Below, piece after piece: positions 29,349 through 39,661 of a stretch of 64,000 bases of DNA. The translations under genes were made by a program, and so were the position numbers. Positions within the stretch are counted from its first letter, which is position 1. The number at the start of each line of letters is the position of its first letter. The notes under the pieces are model-generated. The model ran no database searches. It was not told the DNA's origin and was given only the letters and a program-made list of their open reading frames with translations. The stretch is taken from contig CALSNU010000004.1 of assembly GCA_943787795.1 (NCBI GenBank), positions 704,001 to 768,000 on the forward strand, read 5' to 3'. Origin of the DNA: an uncultured bacterium. GTDB lineage: Bacteria > Planctomycetota > UBA1135 > GCA-002686595.

Positions 29349-29505
29349 GTTGATCGTCAGATGTGGTTCAGGGGTGAGCGGGTCATCCGGGGGAATCTTC
29401 GACCTGCGTTTCCCCACACCTTGAGGCTCTTCACGAGACACCGCTGGCCGCTCGGTCAGCAGCCCGACATCGGCGGCGCCGAGGCCCCTCTAACCTCGGG
29501 TATCC

Positions 29506-29577
29506 CCTGACGCCTCCTGGATGCCTGACACCTCCTGGAACCCTGACACCTCCTGGAACCCCCACACCTCCTGGAAC
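29506..29577. repeat. 18-bp tandem repeat x4
   Basis: CCTGACACCTCCTGGAAC units with no spacers. Confidence 0.9.
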
Positions 29578-29616
29578 ATCGACGAGGCCGGTGGATCGCT
29601 CCTCGGCCCCGAGCCG

Positions 29617-30156
29617 TCACCGTCGCCGAGCTCTGAAGGCGCGGAGCGCGAGGATCAGCCGCGCCGAGAGGCCGAAGTTCCACCAGAAGAACCGGTTCAC
29701 GCCGCCCCAGAGCGCGCCGAAGCCCCGTCGCACATCGGTGTCGAGGCGCATGCGCAGGGTGGTCCGCCCGGGCCCGGCCTCCTCGAACCAGAACTGGAGC
29801 CGGCGCGGCCGCGCGATCCGCATGGACAGGGCGTACGAGCCATAGCCGTAGATCAGGTCGCGATACTCCGGTGACCGCACCTCGCCGATGACGCCGTGGA
29901 AGCTCATCAGCGGGCCGTGGTGTGCGTTCAGGCAGCCAGGCTCGAAGCCGCCAGGGCGGCCGTCCGGCATGGGCAGGAACTCAACCCTGAAGGGGGGCAG
30001 CTGGCCGCGCGTGAATGTCTTGGGGTCGTTGAGCCAACCCCAGACCACCTCTCGCGGGACCCCGAAGGTCCATGCCAGCTCGAGGGCGTGGGCGCGAAAC
30101 CCGGGCGGGGTCGCGCCGGTCGCCAGGGGCGCGGTGAGCTTGGGATCGACGTCCAT
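29617..30156 (-). CDS. SRPBCC/START-like protein
   Basis: VPREVVWGWLNDP..F N-terminal pattern and long C-terminal helix. Confidence 0.6.
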   Translation of the reverse strand: MDVDPKLTAPLATGATPPGFRAHALELAWTFGVPREVVWGWLNDPKTFTRGQLPPFRVEFLPMPDGRPGGFEPGCLNAHHGPLMSFHGVIGEVRSPEYRDLIYGYGSYALSMRIARPRRLQFWFEEAGPGRTTLRMRLDTDVRRGFGALWGGVNRFFWWNFGLSARLILALRAFRARRR

Positions 30157-30199
30157 GGATGGAGCTATTCGCCGGCAGCCAGGCTTCGGGTGCGCGAGA

Positions 30200-30919
30200 T
30201 CAGTACCAGATGGCGACGGCTCGACCGTGCTCGTCCAGCTCGGGGGCGTGCGGGACGCGATCCGCCTCCCGCCTCGCGATACGCCGCGCCGACCACGCTG
30301 CCGCGGCAGCATCCAGGACGTCATCCACGGGGACAGCCCCCGCGTCATCGAGGGCGGAGGGAATCTCCAGCCCCTCTGCAGCGAGCAGGTCCCGCCGCTC
30401 GCACGCCCCGTTCCAGGATCGCTTGCCCGTGAGGAGCACCCGCCCGGCCATGGCTCTGAATGCGAGCTCGGGGTGGACCTCGAAGACCCGCGGGTCAGCC
30501 CGCAGCCCGTCCGCCTCGAGCACGTTATGGCGCAGCGCGTAGCTCTGAGCCGAGATGCTCTTGCCCGTGAGCGCTGTGGCCCGGACCCGAGCGTCGGCGT
30601 AGGTAGGCGCCTCGAGGACGGCCCGCGGCGGCGTCATGAAGATCGTGGCCCGCCTCGAGCCGAGCGCGAGCCGCGCCTCGGCGTCCGCTGCGCGGGGGCC
30701 CGTCTCGGGCATGCCCAGCGGGACGTCGATCCCGAAGGCGTCCGCGTCACCGTGCAGCGCGAGCACATCCTGGAGGCTCTCAAGGACCGCAGCGCCGCTG
30801 AAGCGCCCATCACGATCCACGGCGATCGTCACCCATCGGCCGCGGGTCCCATCCACGCCCACATAGGGGCCGCCCCTGTTCGCGGGGAGCTCCCTCTCGG
30901 TGCCGCTGGCCTCGTCCAT
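30200..30919 (-). CDS. DUF429 family (predicted RNase H-fold nuclease)
   Basis: VGVDG, GIDVPLG, FEVHPELAF, DDVLDA. Confidence 0.88.
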   Translation of the reverse strand: MDEASGTERELPANRGGPYVGVDGTRGRWVTIAVDRDGRFSGAAVLESLQDVLALHGDADAFGIDVPLGMPETGPRAADAEARLALGSRRATIFMTPPRAVLEAPTYADARVRATALTGKSISAQSYALRHNVLEADGLRADPRVFEVHPELAFRAMAGRVLLTGKRSWNGACERRDLLAAEGLEIPSALDDAGAVPVDDVLDAAAAAWSARRIARREADRVPHAPELDEHGRAVAIWY

Positions 30920-30975
30920 GGCCGCCGTTCTACCAGCAAGCTCCGTCCGCCGCCCGCGCCGGATAGCATCGTCCC

Positions 30976-32025
30976 ATGAGAACCGCTCTCCTCGCCCTCG
31001 CCTGCCTCGCCCTCCCAGCCCTCTCCTGCAGCGGGACCGGACCCCACCACGTGCAGACCCTCGACCCACTCTCCACCGGCACAGAGTCCAGCCTCCGCGG
31101 CCTGTGCGCCGTGGACCGTGACATCGCCTGGGCAACCGGCAGCCGCGGAACCGTCGTGGTCACCTCTGATGGCGGGTCGACCTGGCGCGCGGTCGCACCC
31201 ATGAAAATCGCCGAGCTCGACGTCCGTGACGTCCACGCCCTCGACGACAGCACGGCCTGGATCATGTGCGCTGGCCCCGGCGAGAAGTCCCGCATCCTCT
31301 TCACCGAGGACGGCGGCGACACCTGGGAGGAGCAGCACCGCGAGCGGGACGAGGCGGCCTTCCTGGACGGCTTCGCCTTCTTCGACGCCGAGCACGCGCT
31401 CTGCTACGGGGACCCCATGGCGGACGGCGGCTTCCGACTGCTTCGGACCGATGACGGCGGCGCGAGCTGGATTCCCGTCACGCCGAGCCCCCTCGCCCTG
31501 CCCTCCGGCGAGGCGAGCTTCGCGGCGAGCGGCACCGGGATCCGAGCGCTGGAGTCGGGCGAGGTGTGGATCGTCACCGGCGCCAATGACGGCGTGTCCC
31601 GCGTGTTCGCGAGCTCAGCTGCTGACGGGGCACTCTGGAGCGTCTCCGATTCGACGGTCCGCGCACCCAAGCCGGCCGCCGGGGCCTTCAGCATCGCCTT
31701 CCAAGCGGACGGTCACGGCGTCCTCGTGGGCGGCGACTACCAGCGCCGGGAGGAGGGCGGCGTCCACTGCGCCTCGTGGAGCGACGATTTTGGCGCCAAC
31801 TGGCACCCCTGCGAGGTCGGGCCGCGCGGGCAGCGCGCGGGCTCCGCAGCCCTCGGCGGCGGCTTGTTCGTGGCCACCGGCCAGACCGGGACCGACATCA
31901 GCCGCGACGCAGGGCGCACCTGGTCGGCCCTCTCAGACCTCGGCTTCCACTGCGTCGAGGTCTCCCCGTCCGACGGGAGCGTCTGGTTCGCCGGACCTGC
32001 CGGGCGCGCCGGACGACTCCGCTGA
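30976..32025 (+). CDS. YCF48/BNR-repeat beta-propeller lipoprotein
   Basis: Lipobox ALSC; Asp-boxes TSDGGSTW, TEDGGDTW, TDDGGASW, SDDFGANW, SRDAGRTW. Confidence 0.88.
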   Translation: MRTALLALACLALPALSCSGTGPHHVQTLDPLSTGTESSLRGLCAVDRDIAWATGSRGTVVVTSDGGSTWRAVAPMKIAELDVRDVHALDDSTAWIMCAGPGEKSRILFTEDGGDTWEEQHRERDEAAFLDGFAFFDAEHALCYGDPMADGGFRLLRTDDGGASWIPVTPSPLALPSGEASFAASGTGIRALESGEVWIVTGANDGVSRVFASSAADGALWSVSDSTVRAPKPAAGAFSIAFQADGHGVLVGGDYQRREEGGVHCASWSDDFGANWHPCEVGPRGQRAGSAALGGGLFVATGQTGTDISRDAGRTWSALSDLGFHCVEVSPSDGSVWFAGPAGRAGRLR

Positions 32026-32071
32026 TCCGGACACGAACGCCGCACCCCGCGGCGCTATCCTCTCTGCACCG

Positions 32072-33190
32072 ATGCCGACGCTCTACTCCGCGCTCCGCCC
32101 GCTCCTGTTCCGGGCCAGCCCCGAGGGCGCTCACCACCTCAGCATCCGCGCGGGCAAGCTCGGCCAGCGCGCGCCCGGGGTGCTGCGAGCGGTCTTTCGC
32201 TCGGGCCTCAGCCGCGAGCAGGCCGCGCGGCTCTCCGTGCGCGCTCTCGGCCTCGAGTTCGCGAACCCCATCGGGGTCGCCGCCGGCCTGGATAAGAACG
32301 CCGAGCTGATCCCCATGTGGGCGGCGGTCGGCCTCGGCTTCTGCGAGGTCGGCTCCATCAGCGCGCTCCCGAGCGCGGGCAACCCCAAGCCGCGCGCGTT
32401 CAGGCTCCCCGAGGATCGCGCGCTGGTGAACCGCATGGGCCTGAATAACCACGGGCTCGACGCGATCGCGCGGCGCATCGAGCGGACCCGCCGCCCCGCG
32501 GGCTTCCCGCTGGCGATCAACATCGTCAAGACCCACGACCCGAGCATCCTCGGCGACGCGGGGATCCAGGACTTCGCCGCGAGCGCCCGGCGCCTCCTGC
32601 CCCTCGCGGACCTGCTCGTCCTCAATGTCTCCTGCCCGAACACCACGGAGGGCAAGACCTTCGAGGATCCCGAGGCCCTTGAGCCCCTGCTCGACGCCGT
32701 GATGCGCGTCCGAGCGGAGCTCGCCTCCACCGTCCCCGTCCTCGTCAAGCTCTCCCCCCCCGCGACCGTGGACTTCGACAGCGCCGCCGTGGACGAGCTC
32801 GTCGACCTCTCCCTTGAGCGGGGAATCGCGGGCTTCGTCGCCACCAACACCGCGTCGGACCGCGCCGGTCTGCGGACCTCCCCTGGACGCCTCGACGCCA
32901 TCGGCCGCGGCGGCCTGAGCGGCGCCCCGCTGGCGTCCCGCGCGGAGGCTCTCGTCCGGCACCTCGCCCGCCGCGCCGGCGACCGCGCCGTGATCATCGG
33001 GGTCGGCGGGATCGACTCACCCGAGGAGGCCTATCGGCGAATCCGGGCCGGCGCCAGCCTCGTGGAGCTCTACACGGGCCTCGTGTACGAGGGGCCCGGC
33101 CTGATTCCGCGGACCGCACGGCGCCTGGTGGAACTCCTCGACGCGGACGGTCTCGAGCTCCTGGAGGATGCGGTGGGGCTCGATCGGTGA
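32072..33190 (+). CDS. pyrD: quinone-dependent dihydroorotate dehydrogenase (class 2)
   Basis: NPIGVAAGLDKN, GNPKPRAFRL, NRMGLNN, NVSCPNT, VKLSP, ATNT, GGLSG, IGVGGI. Confidence 0.95.
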   Translation: MPTLYSALRPLLFRASPEGAHHLSIRAGKLGQRAPGVLRAVFRSGLSREQAARLSVRALGLEFANPIGVAAGLDKNAELIPMWAAVGLGFCEVGSISALPSAGNPKPRAFRLPEDRALVNRMGLNNHGLDAIARRIERTRRPAGFPLAINIVKTHDPSILGDAGIQDFAASARRLLPLADLLVLNVSCPNTTEGKTFEDPEALEPLLDAVMRVRAELASTVPVLVKLSPPATVDFDSAAVDELVDLSLERGIAGFVATNTASDRAGLRTSPGRLDAIGRGGLSGAPLASRAEALVRHLARRAGDRAVIIGVGGIDSPEEAYRRIRAGASLVELYTGLVYEGPGLIPRTARRLVELLDADGLELLEDAVGLDR

Positions 33191-34228
33191 GTGAGGCCGG
33201 ATCCAACCGGAGGCGACGTGAGCCCACGTGAGAAGAGGCGCTCCAGGGGAGTGGCGTTCCTGATCCTCGCCCTGCTCTGCAGCGGGGTCATGATCGGCAT
33301 CGACTCTATTCTCGGGCGCCAGCTCCTGCAGGAGCGCAGGGCCCGTCTCGAGTGGACCCCCGTGGATGCCGTGGTCCGCTCGTCCGAGGTCGAGAAGCGG
33401 CGCTCCGAGGACGGGACGACGTATTCGCCCAAGGTCGCCTTCCGGTATCGCTTCGAGGGAGCGCAGTACGAGTCGAGCAGGTACGCCTTCGGTCACTTCC
33501 GCAGCAACGACCTGGACTATGCGCGCGAGGTCGTCCATCGCCACCCCGAGGGTTCCGCCATCAGCGTCCACGTCGATCCAGAGGACCCTGGCGAGGCGGT
33601 GGTCGACGTGACCGGCCAGGCCTTCCCCTCCTTCATCGTGGTCTTCCTGACGCCCTTCCACTGCATGGCTGTCCTGGCACTGGGGTCCGCTCTGCGGGCG
33701 CTCACCGCGGGCCGTTCACGCAGCGATCGGCGGTACCGCGACCTGGTGGCCATGGTCCGAACGGACCGGCTCATCCTCCGCGAGCCTCGGCGTGCGCCGT
33801 GGGAGATCACCCTGATCACCTTTGGCGGCCTTGCGATGCTGTGCGGCCTCCCCCTCATCTTCGCGCTCGGGCTCATGGGCGCGAGCGCGTGGACCGTGCC
33901 CGTCCTCACAGGCTGCGCCGTTGGCGCCGCAGTGAGCGCACGCGTGAGTCGGAGCCGTAACGCCCCGAGGTTCCTCCAGATCGACCGCCGCCTGGGGACC
34001 TTCGCCTTCCCCGCCGACGAGGAGGCGGCTCCGATCCGGCATGTCAGGTCACTAAAGGTCCGCTCCAGGGACTCCGACGTGGCCGTGAACGAGGTGCCGC
34101 AGTTTGATCACGTCATCACCGCCGAACTGGAAGAAGGCCCGTTGCCCGTCTTCAGCTTCCGCGGTGAACGGAACCAGGGGCAGGCTGTTCGGGACGCCCT
34201 CGCGTCCGAGTTCGGTCTCCCGTCCTGA
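33191..34228 (+). CDS. DUF3592-domain membrane protein
   Basis: TM, then W..VDAVVRSSEV, YSPKVAFRY, VHVDPEDPGEAV; further TMs; start approximate. Confidence 0.75.
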   Translation: MRPDPTGGDVSPREKRRSRGVAFLILALLCSGVMIGIDSILGRQLLQERRARLEWTPVDAVVRSSEVEKRRSEDGTTYSPKVAFRYRFEGAQYESSRYAFGHFRSNDLDYAREVVHRHPEGSAISVHVDPEDPGEAVVDVTGQAFPSFIVVFLTPFHCMAVLALGSALRALTAGRSRSDRRYRDLVAMVRTDRLILREPRRAPWEITLITFGGLAMLCGLPLIFALGLMGASAWTVPVLTGCAVGAAVSARVSRSRNAPRFLQIDRRLGTFAFPADEEAAPIRHVRSLKVRSRDSDVAVNEVPQFDHVITAELEEGPLPVFSFRGERNQGQAVRDALASEFGLPS

Positions 34229-34280
34229 TCCAGTTCGGCGCCCCCCTCCTCGCCGATAGGGGGTCAACGAGCGGGGCCGC

Positions 34281-35102
34281 TCAGACCATCGCCGCGAGCG
34301 CATCCCACAGGGCGCGCCTGGCCTCGAGGGCCTTCTCGGCGGCCTCGCGGGCCTCCCTTTCCTTGCGTGGATCACCGGCCAGGATCCGGCCAAGGATCCG
34401 ACGCGCGAGGGGGCCGTGGTGCTCCCCGTCGGCCTCGATGTGGCGCTCGAGGTATCGCTTGAACAGCGAGCAGTCGGTGCCGCCTGCGGAGAGCTCGTCC
34501 ACGATGGGGATGAACAGCTGCGGGATCACGTCTTCGCGGCCGTGGAAGAAGATGGACGCGCGAACATGGAGCGGCCCCTCGAGCAGCTCGAACGTCTGCC
34601 TGCCGAAGCGCACGGCTGCGCCTGGCAGCGCACAGTCCGAGAGGACATCGAGCGGCGCCTCGCCCCCGCGGAGGCGCTCGGTGACGCCACGGATAGGAAG
34701 CGTGTCCGCGCCGACTTGCTCCATCGCGGCGAGGTACCACTCGTAGTGACTCAAGGCGTGCTCACCAAACTCGGCGTCCGACTCCTCGTCGAGGACGATC
34801 TCGTTGATGAACCGCGCGCCTTCTCGGTCGAGCGGCGGGGTCCAGACGGGGCCGACGCTGGTGAGGTCTCGCTGGAGACTCTTCACGATGGACATGAAGT
34901 CCAGCACACACATCACGTGGTGCTCCATGAAGTTTCGAAGCGCGACAGGTGAGCGCAGCGTGTTGGCGCAGCGGTGCGAGGCCAGTTCGGCCTTCGCGCG
35001 GGCGACCGTCACGGAGTCGGCGGACTCGACAGTGTCGACGGGGACAGTGTCGACGGGAACGGGGTCGACGGGGTCGACGGGGACGGAATCGATGGAGGAC
35101 AT
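34281..35102 (-). CDS. DUF3050 family heme-oxygenase-like diiron protein
   Basis: FMEHHV..V.DFMS..KSLQ, INEIVLDEESD, SHYEWY, YLERHIEADGEHHGP. Confidence 0.88.
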   Translation of the reverse strand: MSSIDSVPVDPVDPVPVDTVPVDTVESADSVTVARAKAELASHRCANTLRSPVALRNFMEHHVMCVLDFMSIVKSLQRDLTSVGPVWTPPLDREGARFINEIVLDEESDAEFGEHALSHYEWYLAAMEQVGADTLPIRGVTERLRGGEAPLDVLSDCALPGAAVRFGRQTFELLEGPLHVRASIFFHGREDVIPQLFIPIVDELSAGGTDCSLFKRYLERHIEADGEHHGPLARRILGRILAGDPRKEREAREAAEKALEARRALWDALAAMV

Positions 35103-35133
35103 GCCAAGAGGCTAGCCCAATATCGCCAGTCCT

Positions 35134-36219
35134 TCAGGCTGCTGTTGCTCGCTTGGCGTTCACTTGATCGATATCGATCCCGACGCCGCGGCGCATTGTC
35201 GCGGAGTACTCCGCGAGCGGGTCCGGGAAGTAGTAGTTCCTCATGACAGGCCGCGGCGGCATGAGCGCCAGCGACTGCGCGGAGCCTTCAGGAAAGCGGC
35301 TCGGATCGATCCAGTTGAAGGGGGTCTCGTGGACCAGTTCGAAGCGCTGGAGGACGCCCATGAAGACGGCGCGCTCGCGACCGCGATGGACGCGACTTCC
35401 CTGATGCAGCGTCGTGGAGGTATCCAGGAGCAGCATCCGACCTCGCTTGCCGGTCATCGTGACCAGGTCCCCGGGGTCCACGATCTCACGCACCGACTCG
35501 TCCGAGTAGGGACCCGCTCTCATGTACGAGCCGATCGGGCCCAGCGGGCGCTTGCCGAGCTTCCGCACGGCCTCGCGAGACGCCCTCGCCGGGAGGAAGG
35601 TAAGCGGACCATCTCGTTCATCTTCCACGTCCGTGAGCAGCACGAAGACCTTGACCTGCCGATCGTCCTCGCCGTCGAAGTGGAAGAGCTGACTTCCGAC
35701 CCAGCTGCTCCGCGGTGAGTCCTCCTGACCGGGCGAGTAGCCCACAGCAATGCGTCGCACCAGAGGCACTCCCCCGAGGTAGTCCGCGGCGCAGGCGAGC
35801 AGCTCGTCGGAGACCATGGCGTCCACGAGTTCCGGGCGCCGGTCGACCCCGTCGTCGCCGAGCAGGTCGAACGCGATCCGATACCTCCCCGGGGCCTCGG
35901 CCTTGAGCCGAGGAAGGTGGGGTCGAGCCTCCTCCACCACCCCGTCACATGAGCGAATGAGCGCATCCATGCCCGGCAATTCACCGGGTTCGACCCATCG
36001 ATAGCCGAGCTCAGGGTCAATCGTCACCGGGCAGCCTGTGCGCTCGATGAGCTCCCGGCCCGCCGCCGCGCGCTCCCGCCGCGCGCCCTGGTATGAGAGC
36101 TTGCGGTGACCCTTGAGGAGCCTGAAGCCCAGCTCGCTCGCGTAGACGGCGAAGTGCAGCCTGGTCAGCAGGCCGACCTCATGGTCGGGGAGGGCATCTT
36201 TGGGGGCGGGATTGGCCAT
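35134..36219 (-). CDS. PhyH-like Fe(II)/2-oxoglutarate dioxygenase-fold protein
   Basis: SQLFHFD (HxD), VKVFVLLTDV, GPLTFLP, distal LHQGS and R. Confidence 0.75.
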   Translation of the reverse strand: MANPAPKDALPDHEVGLLTRLHFAVYASELGFRLLKGHRKLSYQGARRERAAAGRELIERTGCPVTIDPELGYRWVEPGELPGMDALIRSCDGVVEEARPHLPRLKAEAPGRYRIAFDLLGDDGVDRRPELVDAMVSDELLACAADYLGGVPLVRRIAVGYSPGQEDSPRSSWVGSQLFHFDGEDDRQVKVFVLLTDVEDERDGPLTFLPARASREAVRKLGKRPLGPIGSYMRAGPYSDESVREIVDPGDLVTMTGKRGRMLLLDTSTTLHQGSRVHRGRERAVFMGVLQRFELVHETPFNWIDPSRFPEGSAQSLALMPPRPVMRNYYFPDPLAEYSATMRRGVGIDIDQVNAKRATAA

Positions 36220-36269
36220 CGGTCGGTGGGCCCGGCAGTCCCCGGGCTCAAGTCCGACCTCAGGGCGCC

Positions 36270-37922
36270 TCAGTGGGCGTAGGCATCTTTCGGCCGTTGC
36301 GACCCCCGCAATTGCCACTGGATCCAGAATTGGCTGCGGTCTGCCCAGGCGAAGGGACGCTCGCCGGGCCGGAGGGGAGAGAAGTACGGCTTGAAGCGCT
36401 CAGGAGCCGCGTCCTCGAGGGCCGTGAGCGACTCTCCGAAGCCGAGGATCTTTGCCTCAATCCGAGCCCTGGCAGGCCCGGGCGGCATTTCCGGAGGCGG
36501 CGCCATCGTCGACCCGTACTTGAGCCTGCCCGAGAGCGTGAACAGGACGATGTCCGCCTCGAGGCTCGAGCGGAGCTCGATGGCCCGGTTCATGGCCTCC
36601 ACCAGCCGCTCCGGGTCGTCCCCGGCCCGCTCGAAGAGGAAGCCCCCGACGCTCTCCACGAGGTGCCCCGGCGCCGTGGCGTTGAGGTGGGCCCGGTCGG
36701 GGCGCAGGTACGTGGCGGTGGAAGCTCCGAGGGTGACGATCACGAGGCTGGTCACGGCCCAGGCCGGCGCGGGTCGCCACCGCGAGAGCCAGACGCCGAG
36801 GCTGATCCACGCCACAGGGTGGAGCGGCAGCATGTAGCGATAGCCGTTGACGCCCTTGAGCGGCTGCCCCTGAAACGACCCGAGCACATAGGTGAGGGTC
36901 CAGAGCATCGGGTAGAGAGCCAGCGCGAGCTCCGGGCGGACCTCACGCTCGCGCAGGAGCGCGCGGAAGGCGCCGAGCGACACCACCACCCAGGCGATGA
37001 TCGCGAGGGAGAGGAGCACGAACTCGATCACTCGCCCGGCGCCCGAGAGCTCCGGGAGAAACAGCGAGTGCGGGAGGTACTCGGTGACGAGCGCCACGAA
37101 GGCGTCACGGACCCCCGACAGCGAGCTCTGGAAGTGGCCCGCTGCCGACTTGCCGTAGACGCCGAGGCCCTGCCACTGGTGGGTCAGGTTGTAGATCCAC
37201 CAGGGACCGAGTCCGACGACGGCGCCCGCGACGCGGGCCGCCATGTCGGCCCGGAGCAACGCCCTGCGATCCCGGAGCGCCTCGACCAACAACATCACCG
37301 CGAGCCACAGCGCGAGGCCGTAGTGGAACCAGAGCGCGAGGCCGGCGACCACGCCCACTCCGAATGCCCCGGCGAGGCGCCGCTCCTCACTGAAGACGTG
37401 GAGGGTCCAGAGCCACAGCACGAGCATGGCAAACGCGTTGGCCTCCACGTGGGAGGCCCAGGCGATCGCCCCGACCATCGCGTAACCGGGCGACGGCACG
37501 CAGGCGAGGAGGCCCGCGATCCAGGCTGCGCGGCGCGAGAAGAGCCGGTCGACGAGCAGGAACAGGCAGGCGATGGTCACCCAGTCGTAGAGCAGGTTCG
37601 GCAGCCGCATGGTCAGCGGTGATCCGCCGAACACCCTGAAGCTCAGCGCGTCGAGCCCGATGGTGAGCAGGGTGCCGCCCTGGAAGTGCCCCTGCTGATA
37701 GTCGAAGTACGGAACGAGCGGACCGTCCACCCACTCCTGCGCCGCCATCCCTCGGCGCCACTCCTCGGTGTCCGGGAGGCCGCCAGGGGAGATCTCCTCG
37801 GGCGGCATCGCGACGAGCGTGAGCTTGACCAGCGCCGCGATCAGCAGGAGCACCGCGATGGCGCCCGCCCGTCGCTGACCCTGCGATCCGTGCCGCGCGC
37901 TTTCGTGGATCTCTTCCGCCAT
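36270..37922 (-). CDS. GT-C (PMT/ArnT, GT39/83-like) membrane glycosyltransferase
   Basis: ~11 TMs; acidic DTEE in first loop; FGGSPLTMRLP; RYMLP. Confidence 0.75.
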   Translation of the reverse strand: MAEEIHESARHGSQGQRRAGAIAVLLLIAALVKLTLVAMPPEEISPGGLPDTEEWRRGMAAQEWVDGPLVPYFDYQQGHFQGGTLLTIGLDALSFRVFGGSPLTMRLPNLLYDWVTIACLFLLVDRLFSRRAAWIAGLLACVPSPGYAMVGAIAWASHVEANAFAMLVLWLWTLHVFSEERRLAGAFGVGVVAGLALWFHYGLALWLAVMLLVEALRDRRALLRADMAARVAGAVVGLGPWWIYNLTHQWQGLGVYGKSAAGHFQSSLSGVRDAFVALVTEYLPHSLFLPELSGAGRVIEFVLLSLAIIAWVVVSLGAFRALLREREVRPELALALYPMLWTLTYVLGSFQGQPLKGVNGYRYMLPLHPVAWISLGVWLSRWRPAPAWAVTSLVIVTLGASTATYLRPDRAHLNATAPGHLVESVGGFLFERAGDDPERLVEAMNRAIELRSSLEADIVLFTLSGRLKYGSTMAPPPEMPPGPARARIEAKILGFGESLTALEDAAPERFKPYFSPLRPGERPFAWADRSQFWIQWQLRGSQRPKDAYAH

Positions 37923-38072
37923 ACCTCGCTGGGACGCCTGTCCCCGGCTGGAGGCCGAGGATATGGAGTAGCAGAAGCAGGAATGGCCGTGATTCGATAG
38001 CTTCTCTGGGCAGCCCGCAACGCCCGCAGCGCGAGCCCTCAAGGGGCGTCGCACGCTTGGACCGGCTGGATC

Positions 38073-38432
38073 ATGGAGCCCCAATCTGTACTCGTCGTCG
38101 AGGACAACCCTGTCCTCGCCGAAGCGATCACGTTCGCCCTCGGCACGTTCGGCTGGACCGTGGTCGGTCCCCACGCGACGAACGCAGCGGCCATCGCGGC
38201 GATCGACGCGGAGACGTTCCACGCGGCGGTGCTCGACCTCGACCTCGGGGAGACCCTGTCGGCCCCCACGGCCACAAGACTGCGTGAGCGTGGGATCCCC
38301 TTCGTATTCATGACCGGGCACGACGCCTCGGTGGTCCTCCCCGCCGAATTCCACGGTGAGCGCTGCCTCGTGAAGCCGGTGGAGCCCGAGCAGCTGGTCG
38401 AGGCGCTCGAGGCCCTGATCAGCGCTTCCTGA
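38073..38432 (+). CDS. stand-alone response regulator receiver domain
   Basis: VLVVEDN, AVLDLDL, FMTG, LVKPV. Confidence 0.9.
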   Translation: MEPQSVLVVEDNPVLAEAITFALGTFGWTVVGPHATNAAAIAAIDAETFHAAVLDLDLGETLSAPTATRLRERGIPFVFMTGHDASVVLPAEFHGERCLVKPVEPEQLVEALEALISAS

Positions 38433-38618
38433 GCGGGGCGTTCCGCTCCCCAGGATCCCGCGCCGCAGCCCTGCCGGTTGAGGCGCTCGAGGAGGGGGGG
38501 CAGCCCGTCGGAGCGCTGGCGGAGGAGAGCCCCCTGTCGAGGCTGGAAGCTCCGCTCAAGATGGGCCGCCACCCCTGCCGATGGACCAAAGGTAGGTCCA
38601 GCCAACGGACCACCTGCC

Positions 38619-39146
38619 ATGGCCAAGCCTCCCCGGACCCAGAGTGAACCCCGTCGCGGCTTCACCATCCTCGAGCTGCTGATCATCCTCGCCTTGCTGA
38701 CGATCACGGCGAGCGTCGGGATCCCGGCCTACTTCGCGCGACCCGAGGTGACCCTCGACAGCGCCGCTCGGCTCCTGGCATCCGACATGCGCGAGATCCA
38801 GAACCGCGCCGCCCTCTACCGCACTCCCCTGTCGCTGGAGTTCGCCACGGGTGGCGGCGGATACAGCGGCCTCCATGCCAACGGAGACCCGCTCACCTCG
38901 CCGTACGAGGACGGCCCATACGTGCGCGTCTACGACGCGGACGCGGTCTTCCAGGGCGTGCGGGTCGTCGAGGTGCAATCGCCGGAGGGCGACCGGGTGT
39001 CCTTCACCCCGCGGGGCCTCTCCGCCGCCACCGCGTCCGTCGTCCTCAGCTTCGATGGCGAGACCCGCACGGTCCGGATCCGCAAGGGCTCAGGCCTCGT
39101 CGAGATCACGGGCCTCGAAGACCCCTGGTTCGACGCGGGCCTCTAG
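38619..39146 (+). CDS. prepilin-type FimT/GspH-like pseudopilin
   Basis: RRG|FTILELLIIL type IV cleavage/methylation site; VSFTPRG. Confidence 0.85.
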   Translation: MAKPPRTQSEPRRGFTILELLIILALLTITASVGIPAYFARPEVTLDSAARLLASDMREIQNRAALYRTPLSLEFATGGGGYSGLHANGDPLTSPYEDGPYVRVYDADAVFQGVRVVEVQSPEGDRVSFTPRGLSAATASVVLSFDGETRTVRIRKGSGLVEITGLEDPWFDAGL

Positions 39147-39661
39147 CGGCTCGCCGTCCAAGCCTCGAGCCCACCGCGGACCGCGAAGACGTTCTCGAAG
39201 CCGTGGCCGAGGAAGTAGCTGGCCACGTCGAGGCTCCGGTCCCCGTTCGCGCAGATGAACACGATCCGGCGATCCTTCGGGAGCGACATGTACTTGTCCG
39301 AAGCGTCGTAGTCGAGGGCCTCGGCGCCCTCGGCCACGGCCTCGGTCCGCTCGTCGGGCGTACGCACGTCGACGAAGGAGAAGTCCTCCGACGCGGCGGT
39401 GAGCGCTCGGACCTCGTCGGGGTTGACCTGCCGATCCCGATCCATCGTCTCGGCGCGGATGATGGTCTCGACCATATCCTTGATGTCGAGGATGTTGTGG
39501 TCCTTGGCCACCTGGGCCAGGGTGTCCGACGGCTGAAAGCCGCAGGCCGAGCAGCCCCCAACGTGGTAGCGCTGGAACAGCGCGCGCTGGGCGGCGGGTG
39601 CGACGGAGAGGATCTGCTCCATCGTCATCTCGGGGGTGATCGTGAGGCTCTGGTCGGTCAT
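39143..39661 (-). CDS. rhodanese-like protein with N-terminal CxxC (DUF1858-like) domain
   Basis: ITPEMTM...YHVGGCSAC; VDVRTPDE, FICANGDRS, VRGGLEAW. Confidence 0.82.
   Translation of the reverse strand: MTDQSLTITPEMTMEQILSVAPAAQRALFQRYHVGGCSACGFQPSDTLAQVAKDHNILDIKDMVETIIRAETMDRDRQVNPDEVRALTAASEDFSFVDVRTPDERTEAVAEGAEALDYDASDKYMSLPKDRRIVFICANGDRSLDVASYFLGHGFENVFAVRGGLEAWTASR

Noticed and set aside
29506..29577. Direct repeats suggesting a CRISPR array (also 20890-20946, 28561-28620)
   Set aside because: Units are head-to-tail with no unique spacers, are only 15-18 bp, and there are no cas genes in the window.
25850..38432. Histidine kinase and receiver protein as a cognate two-component pair
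   Set aside because: They are 11 kb apart with unrelated genes between; the sequence gives no evidence of pairing.
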